Positions 51,202 to 64,000 of a DNA stretch of 64,000 nucleotides are shown here, piece after piece (position 1 is the first letter of the stretch; each line of letters opens with the position of its first letter). Both the position numbers and the translations under genes were made by a program. Origin of the DNA: Octopus vulgaris. Lineage: Eukaryota. The notes beneath the pieces were generated by a model that did no database searches, had not been told where the DNA came from, and saw only the letters and a program-made list of their open reading frames with translations. Location of the stretch: NCBI GenBank assembly GCA_951406725.2, contig OX597814.1, positions 49,166,001 to 49,230,000 on the forward strand, written 5' to 3'.

Positions 51202-51597
51202 CATATGAAATAAGTACCATTTGAGCACTAGGGTTGATATAATCAACTTACATCTTCCCACAAAATTGCAAGCTTTATACCTATAGTAGAAAAGATTATT
51301 ATTTTTTTATCATCATCATCATCATCATCATCAGCTCTTTATGCCCTGGTCTCAAATTCTGCCATGGTCAACTTTGCCTTTAAAAGCCCCGCAGGTGATG
51401 GTGGGGTGGGGTCTGATAAAATAAGGTGCCAATCAAGTATCATCTACCCCTCCCACTTCGAAATTGCTGATTGTTCTACATAAATCAGAAACAGGAATTA
51501 TTATCACATCATCATCAATATCATCCTTGATGTTCATTTCTCTATAATGGCATGGTTAGGTTGCTTCTTATTTAGGCCTTTTGTCTTATTTGTGTGA

Positions 51598-52206
51598 CAT
51601 CGTCAATATTGTCGCGCCTCCTTCCTTCAAACGGGAAGGAAAAGCTATTTTCATCACACTTGTGGCTATAGCGAAAGAATGTATCTGGTGGACGCGTCTG
51701 AAAGGATTAGAGACAAACACTTTCCTTTCTGGTCAATCTCTCATCAACTTCTTCAAGTATCCCTTGAAAAGGAAAGTGAGAGTAGAGAGGCAAGTTTTGT
51801 CTTGTGAATGTTTCAAAAAAAGATGGGTGAATGTAGCAAGGATGGCACGTATGAATGATGAAGCCACCTTGAGCATGATCCTATGAACCCGGAAAAAATT
51901 AAAACAGAGAGTTACTTACTTGCAAATAAATGTGTTAACATGTGACATTATTGACTGAGGTTACCGTGGTCTTTTCCGTAGGCTTTTCTTTCCACTGATA
52001 AACCGTATCTGTTTCCCTCTTTACACTCTATATCATGACATTTCTGTGATACGATCCCTATTGATCGTTTTTTTTCTTTTCTTTCCTTTTTACGATCCCT
52101 TTTGATCAAAAACCTATCCCCCTTTTTTTTTCTCCCCAAAAAGAAAAGCTCTACCTTGTAATTTGTCCCGTCTGTGTTCAGCCCTGTGTGGCAAATAAAG
52201 AAGCAT
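51598..52206 (+). mobile_element. Tx1 LINE 3' end (copy C)
   Basis: IVNIVAPPSFKREGKA...KKRWVNVA...LSMIL* plus a 3' UTR ending GTGTGGCAAATAAAGAAG. Confidence 0.88.
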
Positions 52207-52557
52207 ATCTTGCAGAAGTATCTTCTATCTTAAGTACATGGCATATTTTCACTCAGCAATACATCATCCATTCACATCACATGTCTACAGGAGCATAGTC
52301 TTTTCTTTTGCATTTGTCAGCTGATACTTTTAATGCCCAGCCACTTCCTTGGCTCACCTGTGCTCCACATTTTATTTTGGTTAACATTGCACACAAACAC
52401 ACACACACACACACACAGAGGCAGGCAGATAGACAGACAGACAGACAATTTTTACACTATACTTCTAACATTTTCAAATCTGTATTCTACTACAAATATT
52501 TAACTCTCAGTTGAGAATTATTCAATTATAGAATATATTAAATTCTTCTATGATTAG

Positions 52558-52915
52558 ACAGTCCCACTGCGTGGCATCTTGGGCATGTGTCTTCTGCTAT
52601 AGCCCTGGGACGACCAATGCCTTGTGAGTGGATTTGGTAGACAGAAACTGAAAGAAGCCTGTCGTATATATATATCTATATATATGTATGTGTGTGTATG
52701 TGTTTGTGTGTTTGTGTTTGTCCCCCTAGCATTGCTTGACAACTGATGTTGGTGTGTTTACGTCCCTGTCACTTAGCGGTTCAGCAAAAGAGACCGATAG
52801 AATAAGTACTGGGCTTACAAAGAATAAGTCCCGGGGTCGATTTGCTCGACTAAAGGCGGTGCTCCAGCATGGCTGCAGTCAAATGACTGAAACAAGTGAA
52901 AGAGTAAAGAGTAAA
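52558..52915 (+). mobile_element. Family A SINE, 5'-truncated
   Basis: Matches 3344-3712; further copies at 39865-40125, 55120-55255 and 62638-63020. Confidence 0.85.
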
Positions 52916-55295
52916 AAGACAGATGTATCACTTATTTTGTTGGTAAAACTATAGTTGTTTGAATCAGTTCCAGTATATTATAAAATACTCATTTCATTAA
53001 CCCTGAGAAAAGGCAAAGTTGATTCCAGCAAGATCTGAACCCAGAAGAATGTAGGATCAAACTATTGCCATTTCCATTTCTTTTGATAAAGAATATTCAG
53101 TTGTTTGATTAACAGAAATACCTCTCATTGAATTATCAAGTTAAGTAGTTGTATATTCCACACATGTGAAGGTACATGACTTAGAACCTTAGGGTATTCA
53201 AATCATGATCATAAGGTCATGAGTTCAATTCCTAGTAGTGCATTGTGTCCTTAAGTTAGATACTTTATTTCATGTTGCTCCAGTTCGCTCAACTGGCAAA
53301 AAAAACTGTATTTCAAAGGGCCAGCCTTGTCATATTCTGCATCATGTTGAATCTCCCTGAGAACTATGTTAAGGATATGCATGTCTATGGCATGCTCAGC
53401 GACTTGCATGTTAATTCCATGAGCAGGATGTTCCATTAATCAGATCACCTGGAACACTTATCATAACTAACAGATTGCCAGTTTTTAAAAATTATTTTTA
53501 GGCCAAGTGGCTGAATTCCTTTCGAGTGTTGGGCCTCATGGAGGCAATGACCAAGACCTTTGACAATATGTCTTGCTTGAAAAGAAGACCATCAAGCCAA
53601 GCAAAATTGCAGTCATGGCAGATACCAGTGTCACACAAATGGCATCCGTGCTGGTGGCATGTAAAAGCACCCGTTATAGTCTCAGAATAGTTGGTGTTAG
53701 GAAGAGCATCAAGCTGTAGAAAACCATGCCAAATTGGACTGGAGCCTGGCACAGCCTTCCTGTGTGGCAACCCAGTCAAACCGTCCAACCCATACCAGCA
53801 TGGACAATGGACGTTAAATGATGATGATGATTCCACACATATTTATCCCCATAACATAATTCTCAAGCAGACTTATTGTGACACAGTGCTGCAAGGCCTG
53901 TAAAGTACAGATGCAATCCAGCTGATGGGATGCCACAGTCTCATCTACACAGTTTCACTCTCAAGGTATTTTTCAAGTTATTGGTAGAAGTAAAAAAAGA
54001 CTTGCTCAAGATGCCTAGCCTGGGATTGAACTCAAGACCTTGTGGTTGTAATAGAAGTCATTCCAATAATCCACTGTGTCAGTGTATTTGTGCATGCACA
54101 TATGAGTTCTAGTAATGTTAACACGTCATGAAATGTAGGCACATAGAAGCTGTAGTAATACTACTGTAGATTTTGTATCCATATAGATTAACTGAAGCAA
54201 ACTAGCTTTGGGATACTTTGGGATACTTTCATCATTCTTCAAATCTTACCTCTGAGAAGAGTTGAATTACACACTGCAAACTGAGATATCTGTCAATTTC
54301 CCTTTTGTTTCTGTCATGTTGTGTTTATTAACATCTGGATGGGCTATTCTCTTTGAGAGTTAATACCATGTGATAGACACAATAAAGTGTTAGTAATAGA
54401 ATACAAAGTCTAAGTTCTCTGTTGGTCCTTTGGTCACATGGTATCTCAAAAATAAAAAAATAACCCATAATTAAGTTGTGTCATCAAAAAATCAAATTAA
54501 TGGAACCTATCTTTCACCACATTATGTCTGCGGTCTGATATTACAGTTATGGGAAGCAATTAAAAATTGAAAGGAAGCAACTCAAGTGTGAATCCAACTG
54601 TTATTGCAGTTTCTGCTTACCATGAGTCTTATCATAACAATACAGATCTTGCACCTGCAGCAAAGTACAGTTCTAATATTCTGTAACCCTTACTTAATTT
54701 GTTAACCATTTTGCATTTCCTTTCTAATTATAGTAAGGTTGGGTTGTTATACAAAATTACACATGTTAGCATTGATTTTAGAATAGTTCTTCCTGTCTTC
54801 TATTTTCATCATCTTTCTAAGCCCTCTTCATTTTCTTTTTTCCTCTTCCGCCTCCACCTTTTCTTCCTCCACCTCTCCCTCTTCCTCTGCCTTCATTTCC
54901 TCTGCCTCTTCCTCCTCCTCAACTTCCTTATCCTTTCTTCTTTCTCTCTTCCCCAGTCTTCGTTCATATTCACATTTGTGAATGCATGTTAATATAATGC
55001 ATAGTAACTTTGGCAGTGTTTTGTATACTAAATCTGTGCCCTTTATATGGCTAATTGCTCCTCTAAACCAATTCTAATTGAAATATGTTAGGGCATAAAG
55101 AGAATATTGTTAGTAAATATAGGTGCAGGTGTGGCTTTGTGGTAAGAAGTTTGCTTCCCAACCACATGGTTCCAGGTTCTGTTCCACTGTATGGTACTTT
55201 CGCTAAATGTCTTCTACTAAAGCCTCGGGCTAACTAAAGTATTGTGCATGGATTTCAGTATCATGGATTTACTCATTTCAGCCATGTGGCTGTGG

Positions 55296-55296
<1 letters not shown>

Positions 55297-55367
<71 letters not shown>
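55297..55367. repeat. (CAT)n microsatellite (RTE tail)
   Basis: Direct observation; adjoins an RTE 3' terminus. Confidence 0.9.
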
Positions 55368-55368
<1 letters not shown>

Positions 55369-55929
55369 TTAACGTTTGCTTTCCATGCTGGCATGGGTTG
55401 GACAGTTTGACAGGAGCTGGCTAGGCGGAGACCACACTGTTTTTACTGAATGATTTTTACTGCCCTTCCTAACACTAACTACTCTACAGAGAGGACTGAG
55501 TGCTTTTTTACATGGCACCAGCACTGGCAGGGTCACCAAGTATCTTGCAAGACAAAGATCTTTTGAGAGGGGATGTGACATTGGAGGAGGTGATCTTGTG
55601 CCAGATGATGAAAAGTTACAGTGTGACAAAGAGACAGAAACAGGTATCTTGCTGTAGAGGAGATACATGATTATCTAGTCAGAGAGAAAGGAGTAATAAC
55701 GATTCAGGCCAATAATAATTTGTTGCTGTGGAGGAGGAGATACATAGTTAATCAGTCTGAGGGATAGAGCAAGAGGAAAAGAGACACTGGAATATATTTA
55801 ATTTTCTTACACAAGAATGTTGTTGACAGTGACTTCAGTGTTTTGGCCTGCATAGCCAGCTCAGCCAGCATCAGATGATGGCCTAGCTGGCCAGAACTTC
55901 AAAGTCACTGTCAACAACATTCTTTTATA

Positions 55930-58900
55930 TCATCATCACCATCATCACTATTGTTTAACGTCCACTTTCCATGCTGGCATGGGTTGGACAGTTTGACTGA
56001 GGACTGGCAAACCAGGCTCCAATCTGATTTGGCAAGGTTTCTACTGCTGGATGCCCTTCCTAACCTCAACCACTCCAAGAGTGTAGTGGGTGCTTTTTAC
56101 ATTCCACTGGTATGGAGTCCAGTCAGGCAGCACTGGCATCGACCAGGCTTAAATGGTGCTTTTTACATGTCACCAGCACTGGCATCGGTCATGCTCGAAT
56201 GGTGCTTTATTACATACCACTGGCACAGGTGCCAGTCAGGTGGCACTGGCATCAGCCACAACTATGATTTCACTTGACCCAACAAGTATTCTCAAGTACA
56301 ATATATTGCCCAACAATTGAAGGGTACTTTTAAACAAGCTGGTTATGTGACACTGGCATCCGCCAGTGGCTTGACAGGTCTTCTCAAACACAGCATATCT
56401 CCAAAGGTCTCAGTCACTTGCCATTGCCTCTGTAACACCCAACGTTTGAAAGTCATTCTTCACCACCTCATCCCATGTCTTCCTGGGTCTACCTCTTCCA
56501 CAAGTTCCCTCTACTGTTAGGATGTGACACTTCTTCACACGGCTGTCTTCATCCATATGCAACACATGACCATACTTGCACAGTCATCTCTCTTGCAGAC
56601 CACATCTGATGTTTCTTATGTCCAGCTTTTCTCTCAGGGTACTTACACTCTGTCATGTATGAACACTAACATTACATGTCCAGCAGAGCATAGTAGCTTC
56701 ATTTCTTTCAAACCTATGCATGTCCTCAGCAGTCACAGCCCATGTTTCACTGCTGTGTAGCATGGCTGTTCACACACATGCATCATAGTCTACCTTTCAC
56801 TCTGAGCAAGAGGCCCTTTGTTACCAGCAGAGGTAGGAGCTCTCTGAACTTTGCCCAGGCTATTGTTATTGTAGCAGCTACACTCTCAGAGCATCCAGCT
56901 CCGCTACTGACTTGGTCATGTAGGTAATAGACGCTATCAACTACTTCTAGTTTTTACCCCTGGCATGCGATGGATTCTGTTTTCTGTACAATCTTCAGTG
57001 TTTATTGCCCCTGTACATCTGCCTCACACTAAAACTATCTTCCCTGTTAACCTTCTTTTGATATTGCTGCACCTCTTATGTGTCCAAAGCTTACACTGGG
57101 TTTCTACCTATGCCTTTTCTACAGATAGAGCAGGGCCATCTACCTCAAGGGATTTGTGGTTTGCCTGCCTTCCTACTTATTAGGACTTTGGTTTTAGCTA
57201 GGTTGACTCTTAGGCCCTTCGATTCTAATCCTTGCTTCCACACCTGAAACTTCTCCTCTAGTTCTGATAATGACTCAGCAATTAGAGCAAGGTCATCAGC
57301 ATAGAGGAGCTCCCAGGGGTATCCTGTCTTGAATTCCTCTGTTATTGCTTGGAGGACTATGATAAATAGGAGGGGGCTGAGGACTGATCCTTGGTGAACC
57401 CTTACTTCTACCCAGAATTCTTCACTATACTTGCCAACCCTCACCTTACTGACAACATCCCTGTACATGTCTTGTACAGCTCTCACTAACCACTCATCTG
57501 TCCCTAGTTTTTCGCATTGACCACCACATAAGTGATCAGAGGACCCTGTCAAAGGCTTTCTCCATGTCCATGAAAGCGGAGTACAGAGGTTTATCTTTGG
57601 CTAGGTATTTCTCCTGCAGCTGTCTCACCAGAAATATACCATTAGTGGTGCTTTTCCCTGGCATGAACCCAAACTGCATCTCATCTAAACTAATTCTCTC
57701 CCTAATTAGTTCCATGACATTCATCACCTGATCCAACAATTTGATACCTCTGTAATTATTCCTATCTAATGCATCACCATTACATTTGATGCAGTTGACT
57801 ATGGTGCTGCTACACCAGTCATTGGGTATGACTCCTTTGTATATCACCTGGTTGACTATATGGGTGACTAGACTTTACTCGATACTGCCATATATTTTAA
57901 GCTTCTCAGCAGTGATTCCTATGGGCCAGGGGCTTTCCCTGTCTTCATACCCTTTATTGCTTAATCTACCAAGGTACTGCCAATTTGAATAGTTGGTCCC
58001 TCTGTTTCTCCCATTCATTCTCTTCATTTAGTAACCTTTCATAGTGGTGTCTCCAAGTCTCTCTCTCTTTGCAGCATCATTAAATGCAAGTGAACCATCA
58101 TCCATGTGGTCACATCTCTCTCCTACGACATCATGATTCTCACAATGCAGAACATTGAGAATTTTTTTTTACCTGCTTCCTCCCTGGTTAAATAAATTTG
58201 CCTCCTAGCTTCCCTTCTGGTGATCTGATACAGTTCCCTGCTACCACCACACTTCCAGTCCTTCCATGCCTGTTTCTTTTCCTTAATGGCCCTGTCAACT
58301 ACATTGTTCTACCACCATGTTACCTTAGGTCAAGAGTGGACTTTGCACCAGCCACAGATCTGGTCAGTAGCCATCAACAGGTTGTCCCATAGGAATCTCC
58401 AGTTGTACTCCACATTATGTGATGCTATATCTTCCTCATTTTTGTCAAAAGTTTCAAGTAATACATCTCTAAATCTCTGTCCATTCAGAGGATCCTTATG
58501 CTTCCAGACCATTCTTTTCCCTGCTGGTCATCTTCTGGGCAGCCATTTAGCTCTGATCCTGAAGCTGCTAACTAGTAACCTATGCTGTAGGGTACATTCT
58601 TCACCTGAGAAAGTTTTGGCATTTATAAGTTGCCATCTTTCCCGTTTCCTGGCAAGGATGTTGTCAATCTGACTAGTGTGTCCACCAGATTGGTAAGTAA
58701 ACAGGTGACTGGCAGGTTTCCTGAAGTTAGTATTACAGATCATAAGATCATTTGCATCACAGAACTCCAACAGCCTGGTTCCCTCTTCTTTGCGGGAACC
58801 AAATCCATTGCCACCATGTACACCAGAGAAGCTCCCTAGATGTTGTCCAACATGTCCATTGAAGTCGCCAGCCACAAAGAGAAGTTCCCTGTCATTTGTC

Positions 58901-59350
58901 GACGAGGTAGTCTGCAAGAAGGTGTCATAAAATCAGTCTTTATGCTCATCAGGTCATCCTAGCTGAGGGGCATAGGCCGAGATAATGATTGCTAATCCAT
59001 GTTGCAGCACTAGTCTAAGCTTAAATTTTCTATCACAGACTCTGGCGACCTTGATTACCTTTTCAACCCATTTCTCCACAAGGAGTATACTGACGCCCCC
59101 ACCCCTCAGTGTTCCCTACCCAGAAAATCTTATATCTATGTTCTTTTCCTGTGAGGAACCTAACAGAATTTCCTCTCTACCTTACCTTTTGGATGCAGCA
59201 CAAATCAACACATCTCTGTTCAAGCATCTCAACAATCTCACCAGACCTACCTTTCAATGTGCCAACTCTGAGGGTGTGGAAGGTGTGGGCCAGTAAGCCC
59301 CTGGGATGAGGGACAGCAGCATTATGCATCTGAAAAGAAAGCTTGCATTT
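55930..59350 (-). mobile_element. Near full-length defective RTE-clade LINE
   Basis: Endonuclease: VGTLKGRSGEIVEML...CCIQ, AGDFNGHVG, SQIDNIL, QHRLLV. RT: NYRGIKLL, QFGFMPG, DMEKAFDRV, HQGSVLSPLLF, YADD. 3' UTR with ~60-bp repeats and a (GAT)n tail. Multiple frameshifts. Confidence 0.93.
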
Positions 59351-59637
59351 GGCAGATCTTGTAAACATACAAATAGCCTTCAACCTACATACACTACACC
59401 ATCGTTTTATTCACTACATAATCACTACATTCAACAAAAATAAATTTGTACTCTACAAAAAGAATAGGATAACCAGTGTTGATTTGTTTATATTCCTATG
59501 GTTTGGCAATAAGGACCAGTTAGTACCAGACTTAAAAGATAAGTACCAGGTTGATTCGTTCAACTAAACCTGCATGGCCACAGTCTAATGACTAAAACAT
59601 GTAAAAATAGATAGAAATATATATATCTGTGTGTGGG

Positions 59638-59916
59638 GGGGGCACAATGGCCCAGTGGTTAGGGCAGCGGACTCGCGGTCATAGGATCGCGATTTCGATT
59701 CCCAGACCGGGCGTTGTCAGTGTTTATTGAGTGAAAACACCTAAAAGCTCCACGAGGCTCCGGCAGGGGGTGGTGATCCCTGCTGTACTCTTTCCCACTC
59801 TTTCTTCTGTTGGCCTGCTCACTTAGCCAGTGGGGTGGCGTTGTTCGAAGGCTAAAACAATGCGAACGCATTGTGACCAGCGATGTGTAGCAACATCTGA
59901 TGGTCTGGTTGGTCAT
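59638..59916 (+). mobile_element. tRNA-derived SINE (family C)
   Basis: TGGCCCAGTGGTTAGGGC A-box and TTCGATTCCC B-box-like sequence; CpG-rich. Confidence 0.75.
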
Positions 59917-61030
59917 GAGTTATGTTTTATATATATATATGTAACAGTTTTTTACTCTGCACAAGAAAATGTTTTATAACAACACATGGGTATTAATCAA
60001 TTAAATTCTTCCAGTTCTCAGAAAAGAGGAACACAAAGTCAACCACTGCAGGATTTGAAATCAGGAAAGTGAAGTGTTATGGCAAAATAGTACTGCTCTT
60101 CTATCTCTGCTATAGTTATCACCATTTGGTTATGAAATAGTTAAAATATTGCTAATCTCTCAAGAAATAATAATTATAATGGAAGGTCTTGTAATTTTCT
60201 ATAATAAGAACCTATGGTAAAAATGATAAAATGGTTTAAACAATATCTTATATGTAAGTGAACCAAGCCTGTCTACACATGACTTGAAATCAAAAATAGA
60301 CTTCAATAAAAGCCTTATTAACTGTGTCTTTCTCTCTTATGTTATAATTCTATTCTGTTTGATTCTGTTAAAATCTAAACCAGGATAAAATAGAGATAAG
60401 AAAATATTACATATTAATACACTTTTCTGTTTCATTTTGTCCTCAATCCATGCTTTGTTCTTATTAGGGTGTGTCTTGGTAATTTAGCTTTTAAAATGTT
60501 ACTTTTTGTCCTTTCTTGTTTACTTAAAAATTACCCATTTTAGAGGCTGAGTGATTTCTCCAGTGATGCTTCACTTCCATGATAATAAATCCTTGATATA
60601 TTACCAAAGAATGGCAATGTGGTCTGACTTGCAGACAAGATTTACTGCTTATGTTTTTGTCTCTGTTATCCATTCAGTAAACAAAATAAATTTGTTTCAT
60701 TAATTTTGGTGGAGACTTTTCCTAGCATAACAATTGTTGCAGAAAATTAGTATTGAGCTTTTTATCATTATACCACAATAGAGGAACTGTTATTTAGTAC
60801 TGAAGAACACACAGTGCTTTACTCCAGTTTTTTTATACAGTGCATTCCAGTTAAACATTATCTTTGTTGTTTCTTTAGGAACAAGAAGTAACTTCATTTT
60901 TTTATACTTATGTAATTGTAACTGTTAGATCTGATCTTACACCATAAAATTTAAACTAGGCTCAGAACCATCCCATTAGCTTAAAAGGTTGACTTCTTAC
61001 TCTAGATTTTGTTGTAAAATAAGATAAACA

Positions 61031-61228
61031 AAGGGGTGTTGAAAAGTTCCTAGCTTTAAGGGTATTGTGAAAGGCCTGACTAGAGGCTCAGCCTTCCAAG
61101 TTCTTTTACAGGGCTTAGAAAACTGAAGGATCACTGCAATAAGTATGTGAATCTGACAGGGGAATATATTGAATGAAATTATGATTATTTGATCCTCCTC
61201 TATTTTCTTTTACCCAAAGCCAGGAACC
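61031..61228. mobile_element. Mariner-derived MITE, one TIR truncated
   Basis: AGGGGTGTTGAAAAGTTCCTAGCTTT ... AAAGCCAGGAAC, similar to the TIR of 21391-22279. Confidence 0.55.
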
Positions 61229-61394
61229 AAGTATTACAGGGCCAAGTGCATTGATTTTCCTGGAGCCCTATAAAGCTGCTAAGACATTCCTGCACATGCA
61301 CATACACATGCACACACACATAAGAGAGAAAATGTTTCTTCTTGGAGATTTGCCTATTGCTGACATTTTCAGACCTGATTTTTAACAGCTAACC

Positions 61395-61627
61395 CATTTC
61401 TTTACTACCCACAAGGGGCTAAACACAGAGGGGACGAACAAGGACAGACACACGTATTAAGTCGATTATATCAACCCCAATGTGTCACTGGTACTTATTT
61501 AATTGACCCCGAAAGGATGAAAGGCAAAGTCGACCTCGGCGGAATTTGAACTCAGAACGTAACGGCAGAGGAAATACCGCTAAGCATTTCGCCCGACGTG
61601 CTAACGTTTCTGCCAGCTCGCCACCTT
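61395..61627 (-). mobile_element. Young Tx1-tailed family B SINE
   Basis: TSD TTTTTAA(C/T)AGCTAACC at 61379-61394 and 61626-61641. Confidence 0.9.
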
Positions 61628-64000
61628 TTTAATAGCTAACCATTTTGCTTTACATCCTCTACGATAAATACTTCATTGATTTTACTTAGTTTCTTAATTT
61701 TATTCATCATTTGAGCATATACAAAGAAATTTATTTCTATATCGAGAACATCCTAACATTTGAGATATGGTCTTGTCATAGAGACTGTTGTTATTGTGAA
61801 GTATTGTCATAAAATTATAGTCTATCGCTCAACAGTTTCTAGAAACTTTCTCATTAACATTTATAAATGAGGAGGTATAGTTGACTGAATCAACTCCAGG
61901 ATATTTTTATAATGAGAAAATTTCCCAATGGCATCCTCTGTGTGAAAAACAAATAGTTAAGTGAAGGCAAACTTCCTCAGTGTATTGAGCCAAATAAGTA
62001 AAATAAATAAATAAATAAAATTACGTTCTTAATGAAAAGAGACATCATTTGCATTAATGATGACTCTTGGCAGTGAGCTGACAGAATTGTTAGCACAACT
62101 AACAAAATGCTTAGCAGTATTTCGTCCATCTTCCCAATCTGAGTTCAAATTCTGGCAAGGTCAACTTTGCCTTTCATATTTTTGGCGTCGATGAAATAAG
62201 TACCAGTTAAGTTCTAAGGTCTATGTAATTGACTTTCCCCTTCCCCTGAAATTTCAGGCCTTATGCCTCTTTGTAGAAAGGATTACTTATGACTATTATC
62301 AATAAGAGCAAGGGAGACAACTCCAAATTAAATAAAGCTGTACAGCAGGGAGTCAATTTGATCTTTGGTAGATGTATTGACAACTCCAGGGTTGTTTCAG
62401 TAAAATTAGACTGCCTCACAAAGCATAGACTTATCTGTATTTAGACACAAACTCTAGAGAGTGTTGGGTGTTTTATTCTTTTGCCATATTTCGTGTCTCA
62501 CCATTGAGTCTCATTTGTTATACAGTTATTATATCATTGAAGTTACTATTGAATACCGTACGTTTATTGATACAGTTCTCAAAAGAATTCTTGATATAGC
62601 TTTTTGTTAATAAAATTCTTCAATCTTCTTTCTAATGGGCATGGTTGTGTGGTTAAAAGGTTCATTTCACATCAACTTGGTTTCATGTTCAACCTTACTG
62701 TATATCACCTTGAGCAAATGACTTTTTCTATCACCCCTGATCTAGCAAAGCCTTGTGAGTGGATTTGGTAGACAGAAACTGAAAGAAGTCTTGCACACAC
62801 ACACACAATTATGTGTGTCTCTGTGTTTGTTCCCCACCACGACCACTTGACAACTGCTGTTTGTTTATGTTCCAATAACTTAGTGGCTCAGCAAAGGAGG
62901 CTGATAGAACAAGTATCAGGCTTAAGAAAAAAAAGTACTGATGTTGATTTGTTCAAATAAATCCTTCAAGGCAGTGCTCCAACATGGCTGTAGTCCAAAG
63001 ACTGAAACAAGTAAGAAGTAAAAGGAAAAAAGTTCTAGATCATATCTTCTGCTCTATTGAAAAATATTTTCCAATATTTACTAGTTCTGGTCGCAATTCT
63101 GATTTCTTTGAGTCTCTTTTGAAGTTGCTTTTCGATTACCATTAATTGAAAAGAGACTTCTGTTGTTCACGACTTTCAACTGAAGGCTCACCAAATAACG
63201 GCAATATTTCTGTCAAGAATTGCAACCAAATGTGAAAAACCAATGGAAACTTAGATTCAAACAGATCAATTGCCATCACCACCACATAAGCGCTACTACC
63301 ACTAACTTTTCTATAATTTTTATATGCTTAGAGCTTTTTCAGTTTCCTATATAGGTCTCAGTTTTCTTCGATCTTTTATCTTTCAGATTTTATTGATATT
63401 ATGAGGAAAGGAAAATTATTTAATTGGGCATATATTCTTTATATGATTAGCTTCAAATTCTGGCACATGACCAGCAATTTTGAGGACCTCAGTTTTCAAC
63501 TGGTACTTACTTTATCAACCCCAAAAGGATGAATAGCAAAGTCAACGTCAGCAGAATTTGAACTCAGAACATAAAGACAGATAAAATGTCACTAAGCATT
63601 TTGCCCAGCATACTAACGATTCTGCCAGCTCACTGCCATTATTCTTTATATAATTATTAATTAGTATGAATTGTAAACTTGCTGATTTGATATTATAATC
63701 TGTCTACATAGAAAACCCAGTCTCATGAGATTTTATTTTGAGCATCCTCTAGTTTTGGTTCTCAGTGGTTTCGCATTTATTTTCATATATATATTTACAT
63801 ACTTCCTAATGAACTTTCCTTCCCACATATCATGTGTTGTGTGTGTGTGTGCGTTTTGTAATTTCTTTGGTTATTAAAAATAGTGACAGTAGAGGTTTAC
63901 ATGGAAGATGCTTAGTTGTGATGTTAAAACCTTTCCAATTTTCACCTCAAGATTCAGATCACCCTTACCTCTGGGTAAATATTCTCTTCCTATCCTATCT

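Noticed and set aside
60544-60920. Candidate acceptors for ADAMTS exon 3
   Set aside because: Early stop or no suitable donor, and no xGxI...YxIEP continuation.

Overview
AT-rich, microsatellite-dense animal DNA. The SINE/LINE repertoire looks like an octopus (coleoid cephalopod) genome; this is inferred, not verified. One host gene is visible: the 5' end of an ADAMTS-type metalloprotease on the + strand, with a TATA promoter (~4111-4149), a signal-peptide exon (4262-4361) and a prodomain exon (4824-5173). It is followed by an intron of at least 58.8 kb; I found no convincing exon 3. The intron is packed with mostly decayed transposons. DNA elements: hAT (Charlie/Buster-like), DD37D maT, mariner, pogo, piggyBac/Harbinger/hAT MITEs and non-autonomous Helitrons. 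Retroelements: RTE, Tx1, R4/Dong and CR1/L2 LINEs, Penelope relics and several tRNA-derived SINE families. Most notable: (1) a type I hammerhead ribozyme with a complete catalytic core on the sense strand of the intron (42283-42374); (2) a decayed tandem pair of hammerhead repeats (28281-29339); (3) a young Nin-domain SINE whose 3' tail matches the Tx1 LINE 3' end and which repeatedly inserts in front of GGTA; (4) a ~1 kb foldback and several miRNA-sized hairpins. All alignments and folds were done by eye, and many repeat boundaries are approximate.
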